DNA of 64,000 nt from Polyangiaceae bacterium. GTDB taxonomy: Bacteria > Myxococcota_A > Polyangia > Polyangiales > Polyangiaceae. A program made the translations under genes and the position numbers. The stretch covers positions 1,856,001 through 1,920,000 of the forward strand of contig CBDCTZ010000016.1 in assembly GCA_965222375.1 (NCBI GenBank), in the 5' to 3' direction. This document shows positions 37,785 through 48,130 of the stretch, piece after piece. Position 1 is the stretch's first letter; each line of letters starts with the position of its first letter. Under the pieces are notes generated by a model, which saw only the letters and a list, made by a program, of their open reading frames with translations, had not been told where the DNA came from and ran no database searches.

Positions 37785-37883
37785 CCCCCACCCCATCCGT
37801 CCTCGCGCCTTCGGCGCTGCGGGCGGGTGGCCTCCCCCAAATCCCGGGACGGCGGCCTTCGGCCTTGCCCGCTCAGGGGGAGG
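37785..37883. repeat. REP-like double hairpin element
   Basis: CCCCCACCCC leader; CCTCCCCC/GGGGGAGG stem; two CTTCGG tetraloop hairpins. Confidence 0.6.
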
Positions 37884-38053
37884 AAGCAGAATACCGGAGC
37901 CGAACGCACAGCTCGGTGTTCTCGAGCAACCCGATCGGTTGTTTCGCGACACCCGGCGGCGGCCGGTGGGAAGCCCGGCCCGCGAAGGCACGAGTTGGCA
38001 TTTGACCGCACACGCCGTTGGCACCAGTGTTGGCTCGATGGGAAGCGACAGCC

Positions 38054-38647
38054 ATGACACCCAGGACGCAACACGGGCCCGCCCGCGCTGAACGCCACAC
38101 GCTTCGCGCACGTTTGCGGTCTGGATCGCACTGGACCGCACACTTCGCGACGCTCACGGCCGTCATCACCAGTTGCGTCGTGTCGAATCCGCCCGAGTAC
38201 AGCAGTGCGGAGCAGACGCCGCCCCTGTTGGTCTTGTTGGACGCCGATCCACTGGTGGGCAAGGTCGTCGGAGTTCCCGTTGGGGAACGATTGAGTCTGA
38301 ACGTGCCCGTGCGGTCCGAGGACGCGCCGGGGGACGAGTTGATTGCGCGCCTGTACCTGGACTACGGCAATCTCGAGACAGAGGAGGTACAAGCCCCCCT
38401 AGTGCTCCTTCCTAGGGGCTCCTACGACGATGTGGAGCGCAGGGTAGAAATGACCTGGGTCGTGCCGCAGCTCCAGCCCGGCTGTCGCCAGTTGTCCCTG
38501 GTTGTCACCCACCGCTCCAATCTCGATCCAAACGGCAGACCTCTAGACAACCGCGATACGGCCGTGGCCGTCTGGTGGCTGAACGTCAGTGATACGAACT
38601 CGGACAACCCTATGTCGGATTGCATCACACAGGCGTTTGGGCAATAG
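38054..38647 (+). CDS. Hypothetical lipoprotein
   Basis: ITSC lipobox-like; V.SED...L.ARLYLDY...GCRQLSLVVTH. Confidence 0.65.
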   Translation: MTPRTQHGPARAERHTLRARLRSGSHWTAHFATLTAVITSCVVSNPPEYSSAEQTPPLLVLLDADPLVGKVVGVPVGERLSLNVPVRSEDAPGDELIARLYLDYGNLETEEVQAPLVLLPRGSYDDVERRVEMTWVVPQLQPGCRQLSLVVTHRSNLDPNGRPLDNRDTAVAVWWLNVSDTNSDNPMSDCITQAFGQ

Positions 38648-38655
38648 CCGCGCGA

Positions 38656-39621
38656 CTAGTCTGCTGGTGCGGTGCCCACGCCCCACGCCTCGGCCAGCGC
38701 CCGCGCTTCCTCCAAGCGCGGGCTCTTTTTCAATACGCGACGCAGTTCGTTTCTGGCGTCTGCTTTGCGACCCAGTGCGTGGAGCGCTTTCGCCCGACTG
38801 AGTCGCGACAGCGCCGTGTCCCGATGCGCGAGCTGCCCGTCGGCTTGCTTCAGCGCCGCAATGCGATTCTTCTTTGCCAGCGCCGCTTTGCCGGCTTCTT
38901 CGTAGATCTCCCCGCGTAGCAGCAGATAGTCCGTCTTGATGGGCGCGCGGGCCAGGATGGCGTTTACTTGGGTCAGAGCCGCCGGAAAACGACGCAGTTT
39001 GCGCTGGACGCGAATCAGGGCCAGCCGCACCACTAGCGCCCCACCGAGAGGCGTGAGCGCCGCCCGGTACCCTTTGGCCGCGTCGGCGTGTTTGCCCAGA
39101 CGTTCCTGCAATGCGCCACGAGCCAGCACCAGGTCCGGAGTGGGGCCGCGGCGGATGGCCTGGCCATAGTCCGAGATCGCGCCCGCCCAGTTCTTGCGCT
39201 GCTGTCGGATCCGCGCTCGCGCGGCCCAGGCCGAAGCCACGGGTTTCTTGCTCGACAAGTAGCGGGACAGATCCGCTTCAGCGCCTCGAACGTTGCCCAG
39301 GGCTTCTCGGGTCAGCGCGCGCTCCAAGAACAGCCGCGGCAGCTCGGGCTGTTGGTGCTGCACGACTCGAATGTCCGCGACGGCGCCCGCGAGATCTCCC
39401 ATCCGTCGGTAGAGCCGCACGCGGTCCAGGCGAAGTTTCGCGTCCTTGGGTCGTTTCAGCAGTCGCTCGCTCAGGCGCTGCAGCTCTTTGGAGTAGCCTT
39501 CGTGACCCGCTGCCGGCCACGTCGCAAGAGACAGGGCAGCCGCAAGAAGCGCAGCCAAGACAAGACTGCGAGGCCGTAGCGGTGTCAGGTTAGGAAAGGT
39601 CCGACCAGCTAGCCCCGGCAT
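38656..39621 (-). CDS. Secreted TPR protein
   Basis: Signal peptide, multiple TPR repeats; TGATG overlap with the upstream gene. Confidence 0.8.
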   Translation of the reverse strand: MPGLAGRTFPNLTPLRPRSLVLAALLAAALSLATWPAAGHEGYSKELQRLSERLLKRPKDAKLRLDRVRLYRRMGDLAGAVADIRVVQHQQPELPRLFLERALTREALGNVRGAEADLSRYLSSKKPVASAWAARARIRQQRKNWAGAISDYGQAIRRGPTPDLVLARGALQERLGKHADAAKGYRAALTPLGGALVVRLALIRVQRKLRRFPAALTQVNAILARAPIKTDYLLLRGEIYEEAGKAALAKKNRIAALKQADGQLAHRDTALSRLSRAKALHALGRKADARNELRRVLKKSPRLEEARALAEAWGVGTAPAD

Positions 39622-40748
39622 CAGGGACATGTCAGTTTCGCGACTCGGACGTCGTCGATGTACCAACCCGGGGTTCCCGGGTGACATGGGTCGCTGTCGT
39701 AGCTGGCGAAGTGAAAGCGCAACCTGAACTTGGAATGGGTGTAGCTCGAAACGTCGATCTCGACCGGGGTCCAGCCGCCGGTGGCCCCCGCGAAGCCCTT
39801 CTTCCCATCCAGCTCGCACGAGGAGCAGGTCACGCCGCCGTCAGAGTTCACGTAGTAGCAGTCGATGGGCGCGTTGGAATAGCCGGTGATCGGGGTGACC
39901 TTCTTCCAGCTCGTGCCGTCGTGAACCTCGACCAGGCCGCCGGAATAGGTGCTGTTGTCGAGGGCGCAGGGCAAGCCGCACAGGCCCAAGGGCAGCCCGT
40001 TGGGGTCACAGACGCGCATGCTGTGCCAGTGCCAGAACTGAATCCGCACCGTTTGGCCCGAGTAGGAGCTGAGATCGATTTCCGGCGACGTGAGGGTGGA
40101 ATCGGAACAGTTCTTCGAGTTTCCGTTGAGGCTCGTGCCCCACGCTGCATTGCCGCTCCCTGTATGATCCGAGCCGGGGCCGTTGCTCGGGTTCCCGCAG
40201 GCCCAGTCCGTGTTCTTTCCGGCCGCTTTGAAATCTCCGGGGCAACCCGTGAAGTCGTAGCTCTTGATGGCGCAGCCGCCAAAGCCACCGCTGCCGCCAG
40301 TACCGCCGCCCGTGCCACCTGTTGCAATACCTCCGGTGCCACCCGTCGCTCCGCCGGTGCCGCCGCCGCCCGTGCCGCTGGTGCCACCCGTCGCGCCGCC
40401 ACCGGTACCACTCGTGCCACCCGTCGCTCCGCCGCCGGTACCGCCGGTACCGCTGGTGCCACCCGTCGCGCCGCCACCAGCTCCCGCACTGCCGCCGGTG
40501 CTACCGCCGACCCCCGCGCCGCCACCGACCCCCGCGCCACCGCTAACGCCTGCGCTGCCACCCCCGGTGCCGGAGCTCGCTCCTACGCCGGCAACCCCGC
40601 CGTTGCCACCGAGGCCTGCGTCATCGCCCCCGGCGCCACCCGAGAAGGTTCCGCCGATGTTGTCGGAAGGCCCCACGCCTTCTCCCTGGGCGCAGCCCAA
40701 CAGCGCGGCTGCGCTTACCACGCCCCATCGCCACTTCGCCGCCGCCAC
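39621..40748 (-). CDS. Gly-rich lipoprotein with C-terminal beta-sandwich domain (MAM/InhA-like)
   Basis: LLGC lipobox; W.CG.P..GP, LTSPEIDLS, F.HW, FRLRFHFAS...GWYIDDV. Confidence 0.75.
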   Translation of the reverse strand: MAAAKWRWGVVSAAALLGCAQGEGVGPSDNIGGTFSGGAGGDDAGLGGNGGVAGVGASSGTGGGSAGVSGGAGVGGGAGVGGSTGGSAGAGGGATGGTSGTGGTGGGATGGTSGTGGGATGGTSGTGGGGTGGATGGTGGIATGGTGGGTGGSGGFGGCAIKSYDFTGCPGDFKAAGKNTDWACGNPSNGPGSDHTGSGNAAWGTSLNGNSKNCSDSTLTSPEIDLSSYSGQTVRIQFWHWHSMRVCDPNGLPLGLCGLPCALDNSTYSGGLVEVHDGTSWKKVTPITGYSNAPIDCYYVNSDGGVTCSSCELDGKKGFAGATGGWTPVEIDVSSYTHSKFRLRFHFASYDSDPCHPGTPGWYIDDVRVAKLTCP

Positions 40749-40831
40749 AGCCGGACGATAGCGCCAAGGGCACCGCCGCGCCAGGGTTTGGCCCTCCCGA
40801 CTCCACCCGGCCCGGCTCCGGAGCGCGTGGA

Positions 40832-41389
40832 CTACTCTTGGAAGAGCTGTTTTCGGTAGTGAGCGAGCTCGGCGATGGACTGCTTGATGTCGAAGAGGGC
40901 GTCGTGGGCTCCGTCTTCCGGCTTTTTGTAGACGGCCCTGTCGCCGTACCAGAGCCCGGCCAGCACTTTCAGCGAGCTCACATCCACAATCCGGTAGCTG
41001 AGGTAGCCGTTGAGCCCGGGCATGTAGCGCTCGATGAATCGCTTGTCTTGCCCGATGCTGTTGCCACACAACACAGCGGGATAGGGGCACCAGCTCGCGA
41101 TGCGTTCCAACAGCAGCCGCTCCGTGAACCCCGTGTCCTTGTTCGTCTTGGAAAGCCGACCTAGCAAGCCCGTCTTCTCATGCATCTCGCGCACGAAGGG
41201 GGTCATGCTGGCGAGTAGATGATCCGGTTGCCACACGTCGCAGACGAACTCTTCGAGGGGCTCGAGCTTCGAGTTGGTGATGATGAGCGCAGCCTGGAGG
41301 ATCACATCTCGCTCCGGATCGAGCCCAGTCATTTCGAGATCGACCCACGCCAAGTTCCCCGCGGCTTGTACCCGCTTGACTCGTTGCAT
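40832..41389 (-). CDS. orn: Oligoribonuclease
   Basis: LAWVDLEMTGLDP, MH..TGL, LCGNSI.QD..F, H.AL.DI..SI.EL.HYR. Confidence 0.95.
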   Translation of the reverse strand: MQRVKRVQAAGNLAWVDLEMTGLDPERDVILQAALIITNSKLEPLEEFVCDVWQPDHLLASMTPFVREMHEKTGLLGRLSKTNKDTGFTERLLLERIASWCPYPAVLCGNSIGQDKRFIERYMPGLNGYLSYRIVDVSSLKVLAGLWYGDRAVYKKPEDGAHDALFDIKQSIAELAHYRKQLFQE

Positions 41390-41862
41390 CAGCTTTCCTG
41401 TGGTTCGTGGATCTTTTCTCGGACGACCCACACCGGGCAGCCAGCCTTGCGTACGACATTTTCGGCGACAGAGCCGAGTAGGAAGCGCTCCACCCCAGTG
41501 CGACCTTCCGTCCCCACCACGATGGCGTCTGCATTCAAGTCCGCCGCGAGCTGCACGATCTCCGTCGAGGGTGTGCCGACGCGCAGATGCGTCTTGACTC
41601 GCGAGGCGTCGACTCGGGACTCGCCTTTGGCCCAGCCCTCGAGGGTGGCTTCCACGTACTCCTGCAAGAAGCCTCCAGCTTCCTTGGGGGTGACGGAGCG
41701 TTCCTCTTTGTCCAGCTCGAGGCGCACCATGGCTCCCATGGCCTTGGCCACATGCACCACGTGAAGCCGAGCTTCAGGGCGACTAGCAGCTATCCTCAGG
41801 GCTTCGTTCAAAGCGTGTCGGGCCAGCCCCGAGAAGTCCACGCCAACGACGACGTTGCTCAT
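41389..41862 (-). CDS. Universal stress protein
   Basis: VVVGVDFS, G.P..EI, ADAIVVG..GR.G...LLGSVAENVVR.A.CPV. Confidence 0.92.
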   Translation of the reverse strand: MSNVVVGVDFSGLARHALNEALRIAASRPEARLHVVHVAKAMGAMVRLELDKEERSVTPKEAGGFLQEYVEATLEGWAKGESRVDASRVKTHLRVGTPSTEIVQLAADLNADAIVVGTEGRTGVERFLLGSVAENVVRKAGCPVWVVREKIHEPQES

Positions 41863-41919
41863 GCCCCGAGCATAGCCAAGCTTGGCGTGGACAATACGAG
41901 CTTTGTGCCGGCCCTCGGA

Positions 41920-42270
41920 TCAAGCGCTGGGCTTTTTCGCCTTGCTGGCGTTGGCCTTGGCGCCGGGCAGGGAAATCTCGGGGTTTTTGGGGCGCTGTCG
42001 GTACAGCACGAAGGTGCGGCCAATGTGCTGGACCACGTGACAGTGCGCTCCCTTTTCGATCGCGCCGCGAAGAGCATCCGCGTCCTCCGCTTGGTCCGAG
42101 TCCAGCTTCACCTTGAGCAGCTCGTGGGTCTCCAGCGCACGCACGAGTTCCGCGGTCAGCGTTGGGGTCAACCCCTTTTGGCCGATCTGCACCACGGGTT
42201 TGAGGGAGTGGGCGAGGGCTCGCAGGAAGCGGCGTTGCTTGCCGGTCAGGATGGCAGGGAGGCGTGTCAC
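41920..42270 (-). CDS. yhbY: Ribosome assembly RNA-binding protein YhbY
   Basis: LTGKQRRFLRALAHSLKPVVQIG..G, HELLKVK, IG...VLYR. Confidence 0.93.
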   Translation of the reverse strand: MTRLPAILTGKQRRFLRALAHSLKPVVQIGQKGLTPTLTAELVRALETHELLKVKLDSDQAEDADALRGAIEKGAHCHVVQHIGRTFVLYRQRPKNPEISLPGAKANASKAKKPSA

Positions 42271-42337
42271 CGCGGCCTCATAGCACGCTGCCCGTTGGGG
42301 TGACGAATCGGCCCCTCCACACTAGGCTGCGTCGACC

Positions 42338-43462
42338 ATGCGGATTCTGTACGGAGTGGTGGGGGAGGGGATGGGTCATGCGACTCGTAGCCGAGTCGTG
42401 CTCGAGCATCTCGCTCGCGCTGGCCACGACATCAAGGTCGTGGTTTCCGGGCGCGCCCACAAGTTCCTCCTCGAGCGGCTTGCGGAACACAAGAGCATCA
42501 CCGTCGAGGAGATCCATGGACTTTCCCTGCGCTATTTCGGCAACGAAGTGGACCGCAGCGAAAGCCTTTTCGAAAACCTGAAGAAGGCCCCGAGCGGGAT
42601 CAAGAAGAACGTTGCCGTGTATCGACGCGTGGCCGAGCAAGGCTTCGAGCCGGAGTTGGTGATCAGCGACTTCGAAAGCTGGGCCGCGCTCTATGCAATG
42701 AATCACTTCCTGCCCGTGATCAGCATCGACAACATGCAGGTCATCAACCGCTGCAAGCACGCAAAAGCGGTGACTGGCAGCAAAGGCTACGACTTTGCTC
42801 TGGCGAAGCTAGCCGTGAAAATGAAGCTGCCGGGGGCGTACCACTACTTGATCACCAGCTTCTTCTACCCACCCGTGAAGAAGAAGCGCACGACGCTCCT
42901 GCCACCGATTCTGCGCCCGGAGATCCTGGCGGCGAAACGAGAGCCCGGGGGCCACGTTCTGGTGTACCAGACCGCATCAGCCAACGAAGCGCTCGTTCCC
43001 ACGTTGAAGACGCTGCCGTATCGCTTCCGCGTATACGGAATGGGCAAAGACGGCGTGGAAGGCAATGTCACCCTGTGCCCATTTTCCGAAAGTGGCTTCG
43101 TAGATGATCTGCGCACTGCTCGCGCGGTCATCGCCGGCGGCGGCTTCTCCCTCATGAGCGAAGCCGTCAGTCTGCACGTGCCCATGCTCAGCGTGCCTAT
43201 CGGAAAGCAGTTTGAGCAGGAACTGAACGCGCGCTACTTGGCTGACCTGGGCTACGGCGCTTGGTCCCGCCAGCTAGGGCACGACGTGATTCGGGAGTTC
43301 TTGGGCAATGTGGACGACTTCTCCCACAGCCTCGAAAAATACCAGCGCTACGACAATCGCATGCTGCTCGGTTGCTTGGACGAACTCATCCTGCGTCGGG
43401 ATCGCAAGGAAGACGACCCCAACGTGCTCACCTCACCGGCCCTGCGCAAGTCGAAGAAGTAG
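42338..43462 (+). CDS. MJ1255/VC2487-family glycosyltransferase
   Basis: MRILYGVVGEGMGHATRS, VISDFE, SIDN, GGFSLMSEA, QFEQ..NA. Confidence 0.85.
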   Translation: MRILYGVVGEGMGHATRSRVVLEHLARAGHDIKVVVSGRAHKFLLERLAEHKSITVEEIHGLSLRYFGNEVDRSESLFENLKKAPSGIKKNVAVYRRVAEQGFEPELVISDFESWAALYAMNHFLPVISIDNMQVINRCKHAKAVTGSKGYDFALAKLAVKMKLPGAYHYLITSFFYPPVKKKRTTLLPPILRPEILAAKREPGGHVLVYQTASANEALVPTLKTLPYRFRVYGMGKDGVEGNVTLCPFSESGFVDDLRTARAVIAGGGFSLMSEAVSLHVPMLSVPIGKQFEQELNARYLADLGYGAWSRQLGHDVIREFLGNVDDFSHSLEKYQRYDNRMLLGCLDELILRRDRKEDDPNVLTSPALRKSKK

Positions 43463-43470
43463 CCGCCGAA

Positions 43471-45006
43471 CTAGCGCTCGATCATCACCGGACGCAATGC
43501 AAAGTTGTCCAGCTCGTCGGTCTCGAACACCTGCCCCATGTGGTCGGTGACCATGATCAGGAAGCGGTAGCCACTTCGGGCGTTGGACGGCAGCGTGACG
43601 TTTAGCTTGTGCTCGCCTCGCTCTGAGCCCTTGCCCAACCTGGCAAAGCTCGTTTCACCAATCAGCTTGTCCGAGGAGTCGTAGCGAGGATCGTGGGAAT
43701 AGTAGACGCCTACCTTGAACGCCCCGACGGCATCTGGTCCTAGGTTGCGTAGGCTGAAGCGTACGCCGAGAGTCGCCCCGGGTTTGGCTTTGGCCTTCGA
43801 GATGAAGAAGAAGCGGTCGGTCAGGTTCGGTCGGATCAGTTTGAATGCAACAGCCTTGTCGTTGTTGTGCTCCCGCAGCTCTCCGGCCTCAGACTTTTCA
43901 TCGACGATCACGCCGACGTAGTAGGTCCCACTGGGCAGATCTGGAACGAACAGGTCGTTCTGCAACGTCATCGTCTTTCTGCCCGGCGGCAGGCTCGCGA
44001 TGGTGCGTCGAGCGAATCGGCGGTCCTTGGTGGTGATCTTGCGCGACTTGCCCATGTACACGCCGACGCCAACAGGGCCCACAGCCATCTTGCCGGAGTT
44101 GGTAGCGGTGAAGGACACGACCACCGGTGTACCCGGAGGCCCGGAGTTGGGACGGATCGCTACCACACCGGGCTTGAGATCCGGCGCACGGAACACCCAG
44201 TAGGGCGCGAGCTGGCCGTTGTCGTTTTCGTTGGTCTCTACAACCGCATCGTCGATGTCTGCCAGGATTCCGAGCTGCGTGTGCTGCCCATGCACCGCGC
44301 AGCCTGGGTTCACGCGCACTTCCTTCTTCACGTTCACGGACGCCCCGGGCTTCAGGAAAGTATGGGTGAAGGTCTGCAAGCGCGTGTCCCGCCGGTCCAG
44401 CTCGAAATCTTTCGAACAGTAGATGCCCATCTTGACCGGGCCGTAGGCGACGTACTTGGACGTATTGGTCAGCTTGGCGCCCAGGGTGATGACGCGCCCT
44501 AGGGAGCCTCGCTCCGGGCTGATCGAGGTATCGCTGATTCGCAGGTTGGGGCGGTACTTCGGGCTGACGTCGATGGGGACTGCTTTGAAGTTGTTGAAGC
44601 CGGAACTTTCCTGAACATTGCCCCACGCATCCGCGTACGCATACAGGCTACCTGGCTTGCAGCGTTCGCAGGGTGGCAACCGAACGTTGACCCTGAAGTT
44701 CTCGCTCTGGCCCCGGCGAACACCCATGTACGCGCGCTTCGCGCCCACTCGGGTCACGTTGCCCCGTGCCGGAGTCACCAAGCCATCGCTGTGATAGATG
44801 GCGATGCGAAAGGGGCCAGCATCGGCGCCGCCGCGATTGGCCACGCTGAAGTTGACGCCGACTACAGTGTCCGGCGCCGCCTTGTCGTGAGTCAGTTTGA
44901 TCGAATCGACGACGAGATCCGGGAGCGCTGGCTCCTGTGCTGCCGCCGGCCCTGCCCCTGCTGCGACGGACATGAGGGCTAACTTGATGCTCATGCGCGT
45001 TTTCAT
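43471..45006 (-). CDS. Secreted CARDB-repeat protein (four domains)
   Basis: PDLVV...N.G...F...Y.S...E..E.NN pattern repeated. Confidence 0.85.
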   Translation of the reverse strand: MKTRMSIKLALMSVAAGAGPAAAQEPALPDLVVDSIKLTHDKAAPDTVVGVNFSVANRGGADAGPFRIAIYHSDGLVTPARGNVTRVGAKRAYMGVRRGQSENFRVNVRLPPCERCKPGSLYAYADAWGNVQESSGFNNFKAVPIDVSPKYRPNLRISDTSISPERGSLGRVITLGAKLTNTSKYVAYGPVKMGIYCSKDFELDRRDTRLQTFTHTFLKPGASVNVKKEVRVNPGCAVHGQHTQLGILADIDDAVVETNENDNGQLAPYWVFRAPDLKPGVVAIRPNSGPPGTPVVVSFTATNSGKMAVGPVGVGVYMGKSRKITTKDRRFARRTIASLPPGRKTMTLQNDLFVPDLPSGTYYVGVIVDEKSEAGELREHNNDKAVAFKLIRPNLTDRFFFISKAKAKPGATLGVRFSLRNLGPDAVGAFKVGVYYSHDPRYDSSDKLIGETSFARLGKGSERGEHKLNVTLPSNARSGYRFLIMVTDHMGQVFETDELDNFALRPVMIER

Positions 45007-45018
45007 GGTATCTGCTGA

Positions 45019-45035
45019 CGCAAGCCGCGTGCCGG
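45019..45035 (-). promoter_or_regulatory. Sigma54 (-24/-12) promoter for the CARDB gene
   Basis: Reverse complement CCGGCACG-CGGC-TTGCG matches TGGCACG-N4-TTGC. Confidence 0.55.
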
Positions 45036-45182
45036 TCGCCAACTATCGAACATGATGCGAGCGGGCGCGCAGGCCCCGCGCCAGCCCATTTCGCCTACGC
45101 AATCAATGCGTGAATGTCGCGAGGGGTTTGCGGCCACTTCCCTCACCAAGTGCCGACAGATTGCGTTAAGAGGATCAGGCCC

Positions 45183-45755
45183 ATGCTCGAGGAATCGCCG
45201 CAACCCGCGAGCGCGCTGTTGGAAGCTCACGACAAACTCGAGACCGCGTTCGCGCTGCACCAGGAGGCGATCATGCTGCTCGACTTGCGTTCGGCAAGGT
45301 CGATGTTGAATGCGTATCGCGCGCTGCTCGCGGTGCACATGCGTCATGAAGAGGGAGTCGTGCTTGCGCTGTTTCGTCGCGCCGGAACCATCAAAAGGTG
45401 GCCTGAAGTCCTGTACACGGGCCAGCACACCAAGATGAACGAGCACCTCTCGCGTATCGACGCTTGCCTTGAAAAGCTCACTGGCTTCGACGGTCGCACG
45501 CTCCGCTGCCAGCTGCAGGCGCTTCTGGATCTCGAAGCCAGCTACAAACACCTGGTTGAACATCACGATGGCGCCGAACGACAAGGGCTATTCCCAACCG
45601 TAGACACGCTCCTGAGCGATCACGAATCCCGCGTCTTGATCCCCAAGCTACTGGCCGAGTGGCGCAGTGCCGTGGACCAGCACCGGCCTACTTACGAGCG
45701 CATTGCAGCGAGTCTCGACGCGCGTGCGGAGCGACTGAGCCGGGCCGAGACTTGA
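45183..45755 (+). CDS. Hemerythrin-like domain protein
   Basis: H...HQEA, HMRHEE..L, H, H.VEHH...E...LFP. Confidence 0.75.
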   Translation: MLEESPQPASALLEAHDKLETAFALHQEAIMLLDLRSARSMLNAYRALLAVHMRHEEGVVLALFRRAGTIKRWPEVLYTGQHTKMNEHLSRIDACLEKLTGFDGRTLRCQLQALLDLEASYKHLVEHHDGAERQGLFPTVDTLLSDHESRVLIPKLLAEWRSAVDQHRPTYERIAASLDARAERLSRAET

Positions 45756-45785
45756 CGGCACCCGAGGGGCACTCTCGCGGGAAGA

Positions 45786-48065
45786 TCACGCCGAGCCGCC
45801 GGAGGCCAAAGTCAACTTCGGTGGGACTGCGCGCTCTCCAGGAAGCAGTTCTGCCACCACACTGCGCAGTCGGTGAAGGTCGAAGGGCTTGCCGATGGTT
45901 GGACGCCCGGCAGAGTCCAAAAAGTCCTTCGCCTCCTTGGTGAAAGCTCCACCGGTCATGAATACGACGCGGTCGCAGAGGTCGGGGTCCCTGGTCTGAA
46001 GTGCTTCGAAAAACTCCATGCCGGTCATCTCTGGCATCATCAGATCGCACAGCACCAAGTCGAACTTCTTCTTGAAGCAAAAGCTCAGAGCCACACGACC
46101 GCTCTTGGCCACGCTGACATCGTGCTCATTGAGAGCGCGTTTCAGCGCTCGACCCACGGTGGGCTCATCATCCACTACGAGCACGTGCGCCCGACTGACG
46201 GATCTGGGGGGCGCCGTCGAGTGACCCACGGTCTGCGCGGCGGCGTCATCGTCCGCGGCCGGCAATATGACTCGCACTGCGGTGCCCTCGCCGACGCAGG
46301 ACTCGACTTGGATATCTCCGCCCATTTGCCTGACCAGAGTGTGGCAGATGCTGAGCCCCAGGCCGGTGCCCACCCCGGGGGATTTCGTGGTGAAGAACGG
46401 GTCAAACACCCTTGGTAGCACTTCTGGAGGGATTCCCGACCCGGTATCGCGGATCTCGATTACGACGCCGTCAGCACGGCTCTCGAGAGTGAGCGTCAGT
46501 GCCATCTCGTTGGCGCTGCCCACGGGCATCGCCTGTGCGGCATTCAGCAGCAAGTTCAGCAGGACCTGGCTCAGACGCCCTTCGCTGCACTGGACTCGGG
46601 GCACGGCGGAGTAGCGGCGGATGATCCGGGCTCGATGACGCACTTCGTTTTCGGCCATGTGCAGGCAACGATCCAAGATCTCCTGCACCGAGTGGACGCG
46701 AACATCCGCATCCACTGGGCGGCTGAGTTGCCGCAGATCTTCCACGATGCTTCTGACACGCGTGCAGCCGTCGATGGCGTCCACCAGGCACTCACCTATG
46801 CCTTCCGCGGGGAGGGGTTTCGTTCGGGCGAGCTCCTGAGCTACCTGTAGGTTGGTCATCACATAGGTCAGGGGGTTGTTGATCTCGTGAGCGACTCCTG
46901 CGGCAAGGGTCCCCATCGACACCATGCGGTCGGCAACTAGCAGCCGCGCCTGCATCTCTCGACGTTCGCTGATGTCTCGCATTGCAAGGACGAGGGAGTC
47001 GTCCTGGGCGCGCGACACGAGTTCCACTGGAAAGGTGCGGCCGTCTTCGTGTTTGGCGACCGCCTCGACCGGGCCCTGGCTCTCTCCGGTTACGACGGCC
47101 AAGATTTCGGGGCTTGGCTGAGTGAGCAGTGTGGACGCGCTGGTTCCGTACAGGAAGCCCGGCGACTTACCGACCAGGGTGGTCAGCGCCAGGTTCACGT
47201 CGACGATGCGGCCGTCCTGCGCCACGAGGATGCCCTCGAAAGTCGTGTCCGCGAGCTGCCGATAGCGAGCTTCACTCGCCATCAAGCCGTCCACGGCTTT
47301 CTCCAGACCTTGAGTGCGCCTAGATACGAGGTTCTCCAAGTCTTTCACCTGTGCGCGCAGCTTGCGGGTCGAAAGCAGACTGACCCCCACGCTGCAGGCG
47401 ACGATGCCGTACTCGAGCAGGTGGATGCTGCGGAACATGCCCTGGTTCATGCCCATGTCGTGGATGGCCATGGCGCAGCTCCCAACACCAATCAGGTACC
47501 AGACCCAGGGCGGCCAGGTGGCCCAGGCCTCACGTTGGTGGGATGCGCGTAGCCAGCTGATGCCTATCCATACGCACAGCGGCATGAGCACGAGAGTGAG
47601 CGGCCCGTTCTTCACAGCGAAGTACTGGACGTCAAACGCGCTCACTCGCTCAAAGGTCACGCCCGGCACGAACAGCTTGGTCGTGAACAAGAAGATGGTC
47701 GCTGTAATGGGACCAATGGCTAGCCAGCGCGGCATCTTGCGCTGAGGCATGAGCAAGAGCGCGCTGCCCATGCAGAACAGCCCCGCGTACTGAATCTGGA
47801 TCCCCAAGATGGCCCCCGCCTCAGTGGCAGTCCACAGCTGAGTCAGGCGCCCCAGCAGGAACACGCCGCTGAGCAGACACAGCAGGGCCACACCCACGTG
47901 AGGGCTCTCCGGTCCACTGCGTCCGGCGAGCAACACGTGGTGAAGCGCCAAGTACAGCACGACACCCAGAAGTGGCAGCAAAGGGACGGTGACGATGGGG
48001 ATGGCTTCAAACACGAACAGGCCCACCTGCGAGAGCGGCACTTCAGCCCGATCCCTTGAGGCCAC
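45786..48065 (-). CDS. Hybrid sensor histidine kinase/response regulator (multi-TM, PAS)
   Basis: AHEINNPL, QVLLNLL.NA, DTGSGI, FFTTK..G.GTGLGL, VLVVDDE...CDLMMP. Confidence 0.93.
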   Translation of the reverse strand: MASRDRAEVPLSQVGLFVFEAIPIVTVPLLPLLGVVLYLALHHVLLAGRSGPESPHVGVALLCLLSGVFLLGRLTQLWTATEAGAILGIQIQYAGLFCMGSALLLMPQRKMPRWLAIGPITATIFLFTTKLFVPGVTFERVSAFDVQYFAVKNGPLTLVLMPLCVWIGISWLRASHQREAWATWPPWVWYLIGVGSCAMAIHDMGMNQGMFRSIHLLEYGIVACSVGVSLLSTRKLRAQVKDLENLVSRRTQGLEKAVDGLMASEARYRQLADTTFEGILVAQDGRIVDVNLALTTLVGKSPGFLYGTSASTLLTQPSPEILAVVTGESQGPVEAVAKHEDGRTFPVELVSRAQDDSLVLAMRDISERREMQARLLVADRMVSMGTLAAGVAHEINNPLTYVMTNLQVAQELARTKPLPAEGIGECLVDAIDGCTRVRSIVEDLRQLSRPVDADVRVHSVQEILDRCLHMAENEVRHRARIIRRYSAVPRVQCSEGRLSQVLLNLLLNAAQAMPVGSANEMALTLTLESRADGVVIEIRDTGSGIPPEVLPRVFDPFFTTKSPGVGTGLGLSICHTLVRQMGGDIQVESCVGEGTAVRVILPAADDDAAAQTVGHSTAPPRSVSRAHVLVVDDEPTVGRALKRALNEHDVSVAKSGRVALSFCFKKKFDLVLCDLMMPEMTGMEFFEALQTRDPDLCDRVVFMTGGAFTKEAKDFLDSAGRPTIGKPFDLHRLRSVVAELLPGERAVPPKLTLASGGSA

Positions 48066-48130
48066 GCGGCCAACACGCCGAAATCACGCCTTTCTTTTCC
48101 GAGACCCGGATTTGGCCGTAGACAAAGGTC

